Shown: piece after piece, positions 51,969 through 64,000 of the stretch
How the letters are laid out: the number at the start of each line of letters is the position of its first letter
How positions within the stretch are numbered: position 1 is the stretch's first letter
Source: Octopus sinensis
Lineage: Eukaryota
Assembly (NCBI RefSeq): GCF_006345805.1
Contig: NC_043013.1
Coordinates: forward strand, 30,132,001-30,196,000
Direction of reading: 5' to 3'
Length of the DNA stretch: 64,000 nucleotides
Translations under genes and position numbers: made by a program
Notes under the pieces: model-generated
What the model was told of the DNA's origin: nothing
Database searches by the model: none
What the model saw: the letters and a program-made list of their open reading frames with translations, nothing else

Positions 51969-52559
51969 ATGGAATGGAATTTTCTGTCGATTTACATCAT
52001 ATCTTGAGAAAAGAGGAGCATTTTTACAACTTCCAGAAAAAGATTAGAATGGTCATGACTTCAGACACTTGACTAAGGTGCGTTTGGTTGGGAGTGTGCT
52101 GGGTCTGATAAAAATCAACAACAGTTCCAAGTGCTACGAGTATATTACTCTATTTTTAACGCTTTTAAGGTAATGTTCACGATATGGGTCTAGAATGACT
52201 AGTCACTCGAGGACACCTATTACTAATTGAATGTGGAATTATATTGTGGAGGCTAAAAATTTTACAATAGCCAATGTAATTTAAGAAATAGACGGAAACG
52301 CTAGATTCTTAGCCTCATCGGTAGCGCTTTTGCTCGTTTGAGCTAATAGTGCACGAAGAGAAGGAATAAAGTCTTCTACTGAGGCTAGTATCCGGAATTT
52401 GAGAAACTAGTAATAGTCCGTATCGACCAGAAATATTCAGCAGTGTGGATTATAGATTATTTCAATAATTTCAATGCTGACATAAATATGAAAATATAAT
52501 AAGGAAATTGTATACTGTTGGTGATTAGAGAAATGTTTGTTTTGTAATAACCATGTGTC

Positions 52560-52654
52560 GTAATTATCATCGTCATCATCGTCATCATCATCATCAGCAG
52601 CAGCAGCAGTTGCAGCATAGTCGTCGTCGTCGTCGTTATCATCATCATCTTTGT

Positions 52655-52686
<32 letters not shown>

Positions 52687-52778
52687 TGAGTAGCAGCAAC
52701 ATCGTGGTGGTCATCGTCCTCCTCTTCACCAACATCACCGTCATCATCATCGTGATATGTACTGATTATCGCATTCAA

Positions 52779-52826
<48 letters not shown>

Positions 52827-53535
52827 CACTACTGATGTTGCTGCTTCACTACTACTACTACTACACTACTACTACTACTACCACTACTACTGTTGCTGCT
52901 TCACTATTACTACTAATACTACTGCATTTATATATATCTCCACCACTTAACGGATTATGACAGTCATCTGTTTGATATTCATTATGGTCTTTTTACTTGG
53001 AATAATGATGACTAATGAAGATGACGTCATTAGTAGCGACAGTGGTAGTCTTAAGTGATGATGAAGACGAAGATAAATTTGAAGGTGTTAAGTTGTAGAG
53101 ATGAACTTTGTAATGCTTAAGAGGATATGAGCGATATGATAGTGATTATTTTTATGGTGATGATGATGATGATGATAATGAGGATGATGATGATCATCAT
53201 CACCATAATCATCCCTACCACTGTCATATTCATCGTCAACCTATTCATCATCTTCCTCAACTTCCTTCTCTTCCATTTCCTCTCCATCATCATTATGATC
53301 ATCATCATCATCACCACTATCACCATCACAATGCTAACATCACTGACACCTCCATCTTTATCATCTCCTTTCTCCTCCTCCACCTTCTTCTTCTTCTGAA
53401 GTTCCTCATCATCATCATCAACGACATCACTTTCTTGCCTATTACCTGGCCGTGTTCCTGCTGTTGCTGGTGGAAATGTTGTTGCTTTCTTGCTGCTAAA
53501 GTGGATGGCAATGAATAATGATGATACTGATGATG
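52560..53535. repeat. Compound trinucleotide low-complexity region: (CAT/CGT)n, (TAC)n, (GAT)n, (CAT)n
   Basis: Directly visible; explains the poly-D/M/I ORFs. Confidence 0.92.
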
Positions 53536-56500
53536 CTGTTCATTAACAGAATATATTTGTCTTTTCTTGTAAAGAAAACAAGGAAAAAAAAGGAGAATAA
53601 TTTCAGTTTCCTGGATGTGAATTATATATATATTTTTTTTCTTATTTTTGACAAAATCTCTTTGCAACTATTTATTTCATTTCCAAGCTGATTTTCTTAT
53701 CTTGCTTTCCTATGATTAACAGGAATGTTAGCTGGATTTACTTAGTATTTATCATCTGGCTTGAAAATATAAACAGATAACTTGTGTGTTTTTTAAATTT
53801 ATTTGTAAAAATTTGTTTTTCTTCTTGAAAAAACACTGACATATATTTTTTCTGAATATTTTGTTTCTCTTCCATTGTGTATAATTTTAAAAGAACAATG
53901 TATTCACAACATTGGCAATGCTTATTAGATTATAAATTGCCGAGAGGGCAACTTGAAAGCTGTTTATTTTCTTTCCGTTCAGAATCGAATGGAAGTTTGA
54001 AGTTTTAAAACAATCTCACAACTCGACCATATTTTAGGTTCATTTTCTTTTCTTTAGTCAGTGTCACACTTCTTTTTCTTGTTTCGCTGTAATTTTATAA
54101 GCGTAACAGGACCGGGAATGGCTATAGATCCTCTGTTGATCTTACAGATTGTAAAAACAAGCCAGATAGTGGAGTGGGTAGACTGCTAATACTCCCACTA
54201 TCAAACTCTTCTGTCTTTATACATATAGTAACATTTAAGACGGAGTCAAGAGAAGTTGCTGCTAGTCATTAGGACCTGTACAAACAATTTACGCAGCAAA
54301 ATTTATAAGTTTGGATAAGTTTCTAAATCGTTAGGAGTAGTAGAAATCTGGCGTGAGAGAAATCCATCTCTTCGCTAGAGAGAGCATTAGTCTTGAAATA
54401 TCAGCCGTTTCTTTTCACTTATCTTAACTCATGCACTTTCAATGGGTATGATGACTGCTGAGATCATAAATGTCAAATGCCTAGATAAAAATTCTACAAT
54501 TACGTAGGGGACGTCTTTATCTCAAATAGTTCTCACATGGTCTTAATAGCTACAATAACTGGTTACAAATATATCGCGCTACATCTACTGAATAGTCAAA
54601 TACAAATTGGTCAGAAGTAGACTTGAACACAGCACAAGTAAATGTAAATCTACTTACCTTTGAAGTGCACTCCAATGCCTTATTTCTAATATTTACGTAC
54701 GGTTTTGTGGTATCTGTATACAGCTAGGATGCAATGACCCCACAAGTGATAAATTTTAACAAATGAATTTCTGCATAGATTTTTCTAACGTTTTTGATTT
54801 TGTTGAAATAATTGTGAGAAATGCGTACGACTGGGAAATAAAACTGGTCAATAAACACTGATTCATGGAAAATTATCTGTCTTGCACAGCTTACTTGGCT
54901 GTGCAAGACAGATAATTCCTTCATGTTAAGCTTAAAATAGTTGTGTCTGAGAGATACAAAGGAAATTTTAAACAGAGGAAGTGGGGATTCAGAGCAAAAA
55001 AAAAAAAATAACAACTTTAAAGATTTTTTTCTTGCTTCATTTGCCGAAGCTAGACGTAGCTTTGATACGATGGATCAAAAGCATCCTTTCCTACCAGCTC
55101 CCGCCCTCACAAATAGACATCTTCTGAGAAGAGAAAAATTAAATGGATTAGGATGTTTATTATATCAGTATAAGGTTTATAGTATGGTATACGGTTTTCT
55201 CTAAATTATTTCGTTTATATTGAATGGGTTTTGAAATGACTCAAATGGGAATCATAGCCAAACACTTAGGGTCTCTTAGAATGGTGAGAGGATGGATGAA
55301 ATTTATCGTCACCCTCGCTACCTGAAACTATATCCTAAGAGCAGTGTTCCTGTGTGCGTCTGCCATACATTTAACCCAAGATGATTGTTAACACTTAGTT
55401 CAAAAGCTAGATAATGCTTATAGCACCGTTACCTGACGACCGATTTGTTATGTGGTGATGTTTGAGCGGGCGACACTTTAAGCTTATCATTCATCGAAGC
55501 CTATGATGGAACTTAAACTGAAAGGCAAAGAGAGGGAACATATACCATAAAGCATATCGCCTATCGTTCTTTCAGTTTTACTAATTTATCATTCTTATTT
55601 GATCCGTTTTTCTTTTAATCGTAATAAGACGAAAGAAACAAATTGGCCTTGGTAAGATTTGAACTTAAAGCACAGAATTTTAGAACGAACATGGCATGGA
55701 ATTCAGTCCGACGGTCTAACGCCCCACACAATCGAAATAGAAAACGCCTATAAAAACAGAAAAAAACATAACTGAGTTTCATTACGTTAGTTGAACTCAT
55801 ATAAATGCTTGGAATGAGCGCCAGTGATTCCTCAGATCTCGCTTTAACCGCCTGGTTAAACTAAAACTATTCACAATAAAACTTTGCGATTTCCTAAAAG
55901 TCTGCTTATGTTATGTCGATGCAGAAGAATCAATAACATAATATGAAGGGTATTAGTTTTATATTCTGACTCCAGTTTTCAAACATAAACAATATTCTTA
56001 TTTGCAGGTCCAAATGAGTCTAACCACACAACTAGAAAGACTCATCATTCTGGTGAATAGAGAATATTGTTTAAGAAATTCATTTATGGAATAGTCATCT
56101 AACTGTAAATATTCTAGAAAGCAAATATCGCGAGTCCTGAAAATAAGACATAATATTTAGACAACACATTTTTTCTGCAAAATAGGGGTAGTCTATCCTA
56201 TTCAGGCTATATTATATACATTATATACGTACATATATATTTATACATACACATAAATGTTTGCAAACGTACATACTTACACATATATATTGTGAGTGTG
56301 TGCGTTTATATATGTGTGAGCTTGTGTGTTTTTTTGCGTATTCATATATATATATATATATTCATGTATGAGAATTAAAATAGAGATGATGTATCTATCA
56401 TATTTAATGTATATACACCAATCTCAGGCATGATTAGTGGTTTTTGCCCATGAGAAAATATCTTCATGGTATGTTATATGAAAAACGCAACATAAGTCTG

Positions 56501-58459
56501 ACCGAGACGAACATAACGTGAACAGTGACACACAAGAACTTCAGACGTGTTTTCTCTTCTAGAACATCAATTTAAGAATCCATATCCCTCCTTCTGAAGA
56601 ATTATATTTGAAAAAAATTATCTAAAATCTAAATCTCTTACAAACTATTTTATATTTTTAGCGATTGTTAACCAAATACGTGTACAGTTGAATAATGTTT
56701 TTGCCTCACTAAACAGTAAACGCATAAAAATTCCACTGTGAGTATTATAGAGTGTATAATTTATCAATAATGACGTAAGCGAATTAGTTGAATTTCTATG
56801 CTTTTACCATGGGATAACGGGCAAATTGATTTGTAGCCTAATCTACGGATATATTTACGAGTAGAATAAAAGGCCAAGGTATTAATGTGTCCAAAGTCAT
56901 TACCGAGATTAAAGAGTAGCTGTTTTGATAATTGTTAAAGGTTTAAAATGACAATTTTGTGATGCTTGTTATATTGATTAAATCACATCGACCTAGGTTC
57001 GGCTCCCATACGGATCTCATAATTTAATTGACTTTATGGAAGGGACTGTCCAATGTCCATCACCATTTGATTTATTACTTTTGACTTTTACATTGGTTTT
57101 GTATCTTGCACAAAGGTACTCAAACATCCGCATATTTTGTCGACCTAGGTTTAAAAATTACTACTAATATGACTATAAAATATGAAAGGAAATGTAACAT
57201 TATTTTTAGGTATTTAAGTTAGAAAATATAGATCAACTAAACATAGAAGTGTCTGCATCAGTCTCTTGTAATATGTAGCTAATACATTTATGTTTGCATA
57301 AAGTGAATGGGAAGATATATTAATAGACTAAATGAATTAGTCAAGTAACACTAGTAACATAAACTAAAGTGTGTAATACTTTCAGAGTCATGTGTACATA
57401 CAATGACATGTTCTGCATATATGAATTCAAAATCATTTATGTTGGAGTTGGCAATTTAACAAATTCAATGATTTATAATGTTTTGAAATGAGACGGATAC
57501 GAATTTGTTACAAAGGAAGTGTGCAACTTTATATGAATATTCAATTACGAACACACAAGTATAGAAGGTTATAGAAGAGAAACTTTCTTTGTGAAATTAG
57601 CTGAATTTGATTGGAAATTACTTTAACGCGTATCGAGCACAATAATTTGAAAGAAGTTCGAAAATGTTAAGAGTTAAGGAAAGTATTACTATTTTCAAAC
57701 GACTAATTTGACCTTGTAGTTCCGTAAACTTTATGACGGCAAGACACATATGCTAATGATAACAGTTATACAATGCTGGTACATTTCCTGTACAAATATT
57801 ACTTTTGCTTAAATGCTGATACTTTCGTTATTGACAGTATATAAAATTCTCACATATTGGGTGTATCGGCGAATCTCATTTCTTCTAAGATGAATGCTTC
57901 TGTTTCTAAATGGAATCAAAGTAAAAGAATAAATTAGCCATTCAAATGCTAGTTAATTGAAAATTTTGAGAATATTACAAATAAATAATAATGAGGAAGA
58001 ACAGAAGAATAACAAATGAAAATTTCCAATTATTTCGAGACTTGTCTTAAGATTATACATTGAGCGTTCTATAGCAACTACCATTGTCTTTACTACAGAG
58101 ATTTTATCAAATCAATTAAAGGTTGTCGACCAGACTACCACTAATAACAGCATCAATGAAAAAGATTTAACATAGTGATATAATCTGCTCCATGAAGCAT
58201 TTGAGGTATATAAAACCAAATTTGTAATAGAAATTGTAAAAAAAAACATTAAACCTAAGTACAATATTCTGCTTTATCTGAGGTGGTTTCTTATGCTAAA
58301 ACTAAATACAAAACCAAAATGAGGACAAAAAGAAAAAAATGACAAATATCTGAATTGCTTTTTGACAGATTCAGACCGTTATAAAATGTCTAACGTGGCA
58401 TCTTTTGGATCTGAAGTAGTAATAGACCATTTTAAATATTTTGCTAATGTTTGCGTGCC

Positions 58460-58502
<43 letters not shown>

Positions 58503-60464
58503 GTATACACATATACATACGTATATGTATATGCACATCCCCACACATACACCCCACACAGCCCCACATACACCCCACTCATACAACTCCCACATCCCCA
58601 CACAGACATACACATGTATTAAGTAGTAGAAAAAAGCAACACTAAATTATATATTTATAAGACGATGCCATCTGTTCACATTATAAATTAAAATTCTTGA
58701 AATATTTTATTTACATACATTGAAAGCTGTAAAAGTTTATTAGATGACATAAAGCCAATTTTTTCCTGAAGCAACAATATTATATCTGTAGCATATTTAC
58801 ACATAAACCTTCTAATTCAGGGGCTGATATATGGAAAAAATTTACAGAAATCAGAACACCACTTTATCTAATGTAAAATTACAGTAATCAGTAATATTTA
58901 CTAACATAACAGAAGTAAAATTAAACTGAATATAATAATAAGTCGAAGGAATATTTCCAAGCCTACAGATAGTAGACAATAATTTCCAGTATGAGAATAT
59001 GCCTATATGTGCACAGAAAGAAATACATATACAAGGGCATACACAAGCATGCACGCACACACACACACATACATACACACACACACATATACACACACAA
59101 ATACACACAAATACACACACAAACATATATTTTTCTTTTGAATTTCATTATATGTTCATTTTTCAGAGTTCCTTTCTCCAAATGCAAATAAAACTATTTA
59201 AAGGTGTACTCTATCATTAAACTTAGTGAAGCTCTGATTTCCGTACTCTTTCTTAAAAAAATGATATGAACTTCCATTTTAACACGATTTATATATAATA
59301 GAATATAATTTAATATACTTGAACATATGGATGAAAATGAAATGTCTGACCAGTTTAAATTTTTAATCTAGACAGGTGGTTTCATAAAAAAAAACACAAA
59401 GATTTTAATGTAATTTGTAGTTTTTCAAAGTTTCAAATTTTTAATTCCTTCGTAGGGTGTGCTGTCTGCAGATTTAATTTATTTCCAGCTATTTCCAGTT
59501 TTAGAAGCAGGATATTAACGCTCCATTAAAAACATTGCTTTGGAGTTAAACGTTGCTGAAATTGCTTTACGGAAGTTTAATATTAGCGCAGAATGTTACA
59601 ACTGATAAAATAACCTAAATGATGTTTAGTGAAACTTTATGGCATTTACTGTGTGTTAAAATGTATATTTTCCATTTTTGAAAGCTTAACATCACGAAGT
59701 CGCTGTTGATTTATGTTAATGATGTTTTACTATAGAATGGTTAATGGTTTATCAAATAGATCTATGACTAAACAGTGTTGGTATGCTTCGTTTGTGGAGC
59801 GTTTGCGTAAATTAATGAATCCCAAGTTTTAGTTCCCCAAATCTCTTTTATACGAACGGATTTTACCAAATTTGTGCTATTCTTTTATGCATGTTGTGTT
59901 CTACCCGTAATATGTACGGTGAACTGCAAAATTTAAGATGATGAGTTCCGAGTGTTATGAACACATATCCATCTTAAACAACGCGTACAATAGCAGCTAC
60001 GATGTTCGCAGTCGAACCTGTCGGATCTTATTAAGAAAATATATGCAAATTATCGATTCGAATATTGCTGTTTCCCCATACTTATTACGATTTATGTATA
60101 CACAACCACACACACACACATACACACACGCGCACACACGCATGCAATGGTGTGCGCACAAACACATACACATATATGCATGCATAGAGTAAGTAATGAG
60201 TAAATGATGGAAGACTGACGTTGGTGAAGACATTGGTATGACTTTGAATCTCTATAATGATTCATAATAATGATCTTTGTACTTCATAGTTCCATCTAAA
60301 ATCATTTAATATATATATCTTTGCTTTTCTTTAAAAAAAGCCTTTATTTTTTATATCTCATGTGCATTTTCTTTTTACTTTTCCCCTATTCATACCACGT
60401 GTAGTCTTTTTCTTCGAAACCTATTTCTCTCTCTCTCTCTCTATCTGTCTCTCTCTCTCTCTCA

Positions 60465-60588
<124 letters not shown>

Positions 60589-60994
60589 TTATTACTCAAA
60601 GGAATTCCAACTTGTTTTTCACGTTGGGTTGAATCTATTAATAGAGAAAAGTATTTTCTTAATTAAATTCAAGCCCAAGCTTAATAAACAATGATAAAAA
60701 TTAATCTTATTTAAAGTTAAAAAGTCTTATCCCCATGCCGAAAAAAATAAAAATCTCTAAAATGTATTGCTGTCATCATTTCTAAAAATAAACACTGAAA
60801 AATGGTATGGCGGCATTTCTAAAAATAACCAAGCAACTACTACTTTCATCCACAGAAATGTATATAAAGGACAAAATTTAACCAGTCAACCACAGTTGAA
60901 ACCACTGAACACAACTCTCACCACCACATGAAACCGAAGATTGCATAAATGTTAGAAAGTATAATAGTTCCATAAAAATGGACATTTAATATTT

Positions 60995-61175
60995 CAGTTC
61001 TATATTTAAGAGATAAGAAATTATGTACGTACCTTAGGAATGAGAACACTGGTTCGAGATTTCCCCCAAGACATGATGAATGCTGGACGGTATATCAGAC
61101 GAAACGTTATGTTAACAACAAACAAGATGAGGACAAGTATCCGTCAATTGTAACTAATGTATTTAATATTTCATT
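60995..61175 (+). mobile_element. Family B element, second copy: headless tail with degenerate hammerhead, preceded by an inverted tail fragment
   Basis: 61029-61165 matches 29025-29170; 60995-61028 matches 28788-28821. Confidence 0.8.
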
Positions 61176-61417
61176 TGTTCAATAAGTCTAAACAATTAAT
61201 ACTTCATTTCTTTTTACCATATTATTTTATATATTATATTAATATTAGAAGATTATAAATAAAACGTGAAAAACAGAGTTGGAATTTCTTTGAGTAATAA
61301 GTTCTTCTATACACAATCACACAAATCCCTTTGTATATAAATATATATATATATATGCATATACGTATATACACACAAACACACACACACTCACACCCAT
61401 ATATGCATATATATATA

Positions 61418-61476
<59 letters not shown>

Positions 61477-63030
61477 CTATATATATATATATATAAATGG
61501 TCAGTTAACCCATCGTTCGACGATGGCTTAATTGCCTTAACCTCTGACTTCACTATCAATAATAATCTTGTTTAAGAGAACTAAATTTGTTCTCCATAAA
61601 AGCAGGGAGTAACCCACCAGATTAATGTACATAATGTTTTTGTATTTCAATATGTAATCTAGGTTAACACTGTACATAAAATGTAAACATAAATATAAAT
61701 TCATATATATATATATATATACATTTTCGTCTATAATTTTCAATGATTTTTTAAAGTACATTGTGTTAAATAAGTAGATAAAATAGCTTATTACAACGTC
61801 AGAAGTTTACAACTTACTTCAGTCGTATTTACTATACGAACTCTTTCTTTTTGTTTCAGTTTAACTGCGGATTATTCTTCTCGAATTAAATGGGTTTGGG
61901 ATAAAAGGCTTTGCGACCGGAGCCTTCAGATTTGTTTAATTTCAACGTATCCGAAACTATACTATATCAAATATCGTACCTTTGTTTTGTTTTTACACAA
62001 ACAAATCTCGTTTAAAGTATATTTGTTCCACTTATTCAAATGATTCTTCATTTCGTGACTTATTTTGTAGAAATTGCATTCAAATATAAAATCTATGGTC
62101 GTTAACATTTTTAATACAAGTTAGGAATATACCATCTCCTTTTGAGATAATTTACGACAGCTGAATGTCAAGAAAAGTAAATTAGTTCCATCGTAGTGAG
62201 GATTTCCAAATAGATATTTATGTACGTGTGCAATGAATATGAGATGTAGTTTATTAACTCCATGACCATGATGAGAAAAATACTGCAGTATACGTGCAGA
62301 TTTTCTATAAATAGTGTTTCTTGGCAGGAGTATGTTTTCGATAAAAATATCGTTTTAGTTTCGAGAGCAACTATCAACTATTTCCCTCCTAAATGTCAAT
62401 CACTGAAAGCAATTATATATATAGTTTCCTATGAACGTCATAATACGAGAAAAGTTTGACTACAAAACAAGTGGAAATTTGGTATGTTACCAGACAAATC
62501 TTAATGTAGCATTCCTTCTCTGATTTATTAAAAGAATCGGCGATCCATATTCATTGAGCAACATTTCTGTTTTAAATGTGCACTCCAACCGAGATTCTCT
62601 TTCAAACTCTCTCTCAAACTCCATAGAAGCAGATGTGTCCTTATTGACAGCATTCCAAATTTTCGTTAAGTCAAAGGTACAACTTCAACACTCTCACATG
62701 TCTACTTCCATGACTAATCTGTATGCAGTAGTTTGCATCCAGCATGACGTTGCTATAAAGAGGCAGTTAACGCTACAATTAAAATTGTATTCATAATTTG
62801 CAACGTTTGAAGAAACAGTTCCAACTATTAAATCCCGAGAAAATTTAATGTTTTATGAAAGGGAGTATCTTACTTGAAACAGGCACACATTTCATAAATC
62901 AATGATAAACATTAAAGCATTAATGATTAAAACAAGACTCAAAAAGGTTTTAAAAATGGCATTCTGAAAAATCGAGTCACTTTTGAGATAATTGCTGGAT
63001 ATGAGAACTTAATGCAGTCTCTATATGATA

Positions 63031-63110
63031 AGCGTGTTGCACCATAATATAAACATCTTGAAAATTCTTAGCGTGTTGCACCATAATATAAAAATCTTGA
63101 AAATTCTTAG
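63031..63110. repeat. 39-bp tandem duplication
   Basis: AGCGTGTTGCACCATAATATAAA(C/A)ATCTTGAAAATTCTT twice, one mismatch. Confidence 0.95.
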
Positions 63111-63194
63111 AAATTTTGGTTTGTAGACATTTTCATATTTCGATACAAATTTAGTATTTGTTTTACATTTGTATTATATTCTTTTATTCTGTTA

Positions 63195-63579
63195 TTCTTT
63201 TATTTGTTTCAGTCATCTGACTGTGGCCTTGTTAGAGCAAGCTTTTAGTCGAAAAAATCGACCCTTGGAATCATTCTTCGTAAGACTAGTACTTATTCTA
63301 TTGAACACCTTTGCCGAAGCGCTAAGTTAGGGGACATAAACACACCAACATTGGTTGTCAAGCGATGGTGGGATGCACACACATACACACACACACACAC
63401 ATAAATATTTATATACGACGGGCTTCTATCAGTTTCAATGTACCAAATCCACTAACAATGCTTCGGTCGGCCCGAGACTATAGTAGAAAACACTTGCCCA
63501 AGGCGTGACGCAATGGGACTGAACCCATGACCATGTGGTTGGGAACCAAGCTACTAACCGCACAGCCACTCCTCCGCCT
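63195..63579 (-). mobile_element. SINE family 1, full length
   Basis: Reverse complement of the 36249-36674 architecture with an internal (CA)n. Confidence 0.9.
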
Positions 63580-63857
63580 GTTAAAATGTTTCAGCTAGAT
63601 CAAATACAATTTACTCAGTAAATTAAGGTTAGTATTTTCTTAAAAATACTAATGGATTTCATGTGACATGGCGAAGGAAAAACAAAATGTCTGCCCTTGT
63701 TCGCTATATTTACTTAAACTTTTATTCATCATTCAGTTATTTTCTTGAAAATATTTCTCAAGTTTAGAAAGGCTTTTAGTGAATCAATATATTGCACATT
63801 CTTTTCTATTGTGTTCATATTTTTTATCAATGCATCGACAGTAAGAACTTTTATGCA

Positions 63858-63890
<33 letters not shown>

Positions 63891-63909
63891 ACACACACAC
63901 ACACACACA

Positions 63910-63972
<63 letters not shown>

Positions 63973-64000
63973 TACATACATACATATATATATACATATA

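Noticed and set aside
54658-54723. Possible 66-nt minus-strand exon (LYTDTTKPYVNIRNKALECTSK) with strong AAG|GTAAGT donor
   Set aside because: Weak acceptor, no recognisable protein and no partner exons; needs RNA-seq.
56008-56052. Possible 45-nt plus-strand exon after TTCTTATTTGCAG
   Set aside because: Mediocre donor (GTGAAT) and no homology recognised; such sites arise by chance in 64 kb.

Overview
AT-rich, repeat-dominated eukaryotic DNA with no intact protein-coding gene that I can support. Almost all entries in the ORF track are microsatellite read-throughs. The tRNA-headed SINE families and microsatellite load resemble those of Octopus (coleoid cephalopod) genomes; this is recognition from memory, not a database result. 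Recognisable content: about 13 SINE copies from at least 3 families; decayed retroelement coding remnants (R4/Dong-like, Tx1/L1-like, Penelope-like RT and GIY-YIG pieces); two Tc1/mariner remnants (one DD37D); a hAT MITE with TSD; and Helentron/HINE-like pieces. The most interesting signals are: (i) six minimal type I hammerhead-ribozyme-like motifs in four sequence families, including a U3-A8 covariant core just downstream of a Penelope GIY-YIG remnant and an A6U core shared by two copies; (ii) a composite element joining a tRNA-like Pol III head to a hammerhead-bearing tail, inserted with an inverted partial copy of itself; (iii) a 2.5-kb inverted array of apparently identical 492-bp units forming a ~1.09-kb stem, bounded by (TA)n; and (iv) several other foldbacks and microsatellite-bounded duplications. 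All comparisons were made by eye. Boundaries are approximate unless a TSD or junction is quoted, and assembly artefacts cannot be excluded for the perfect duplications.
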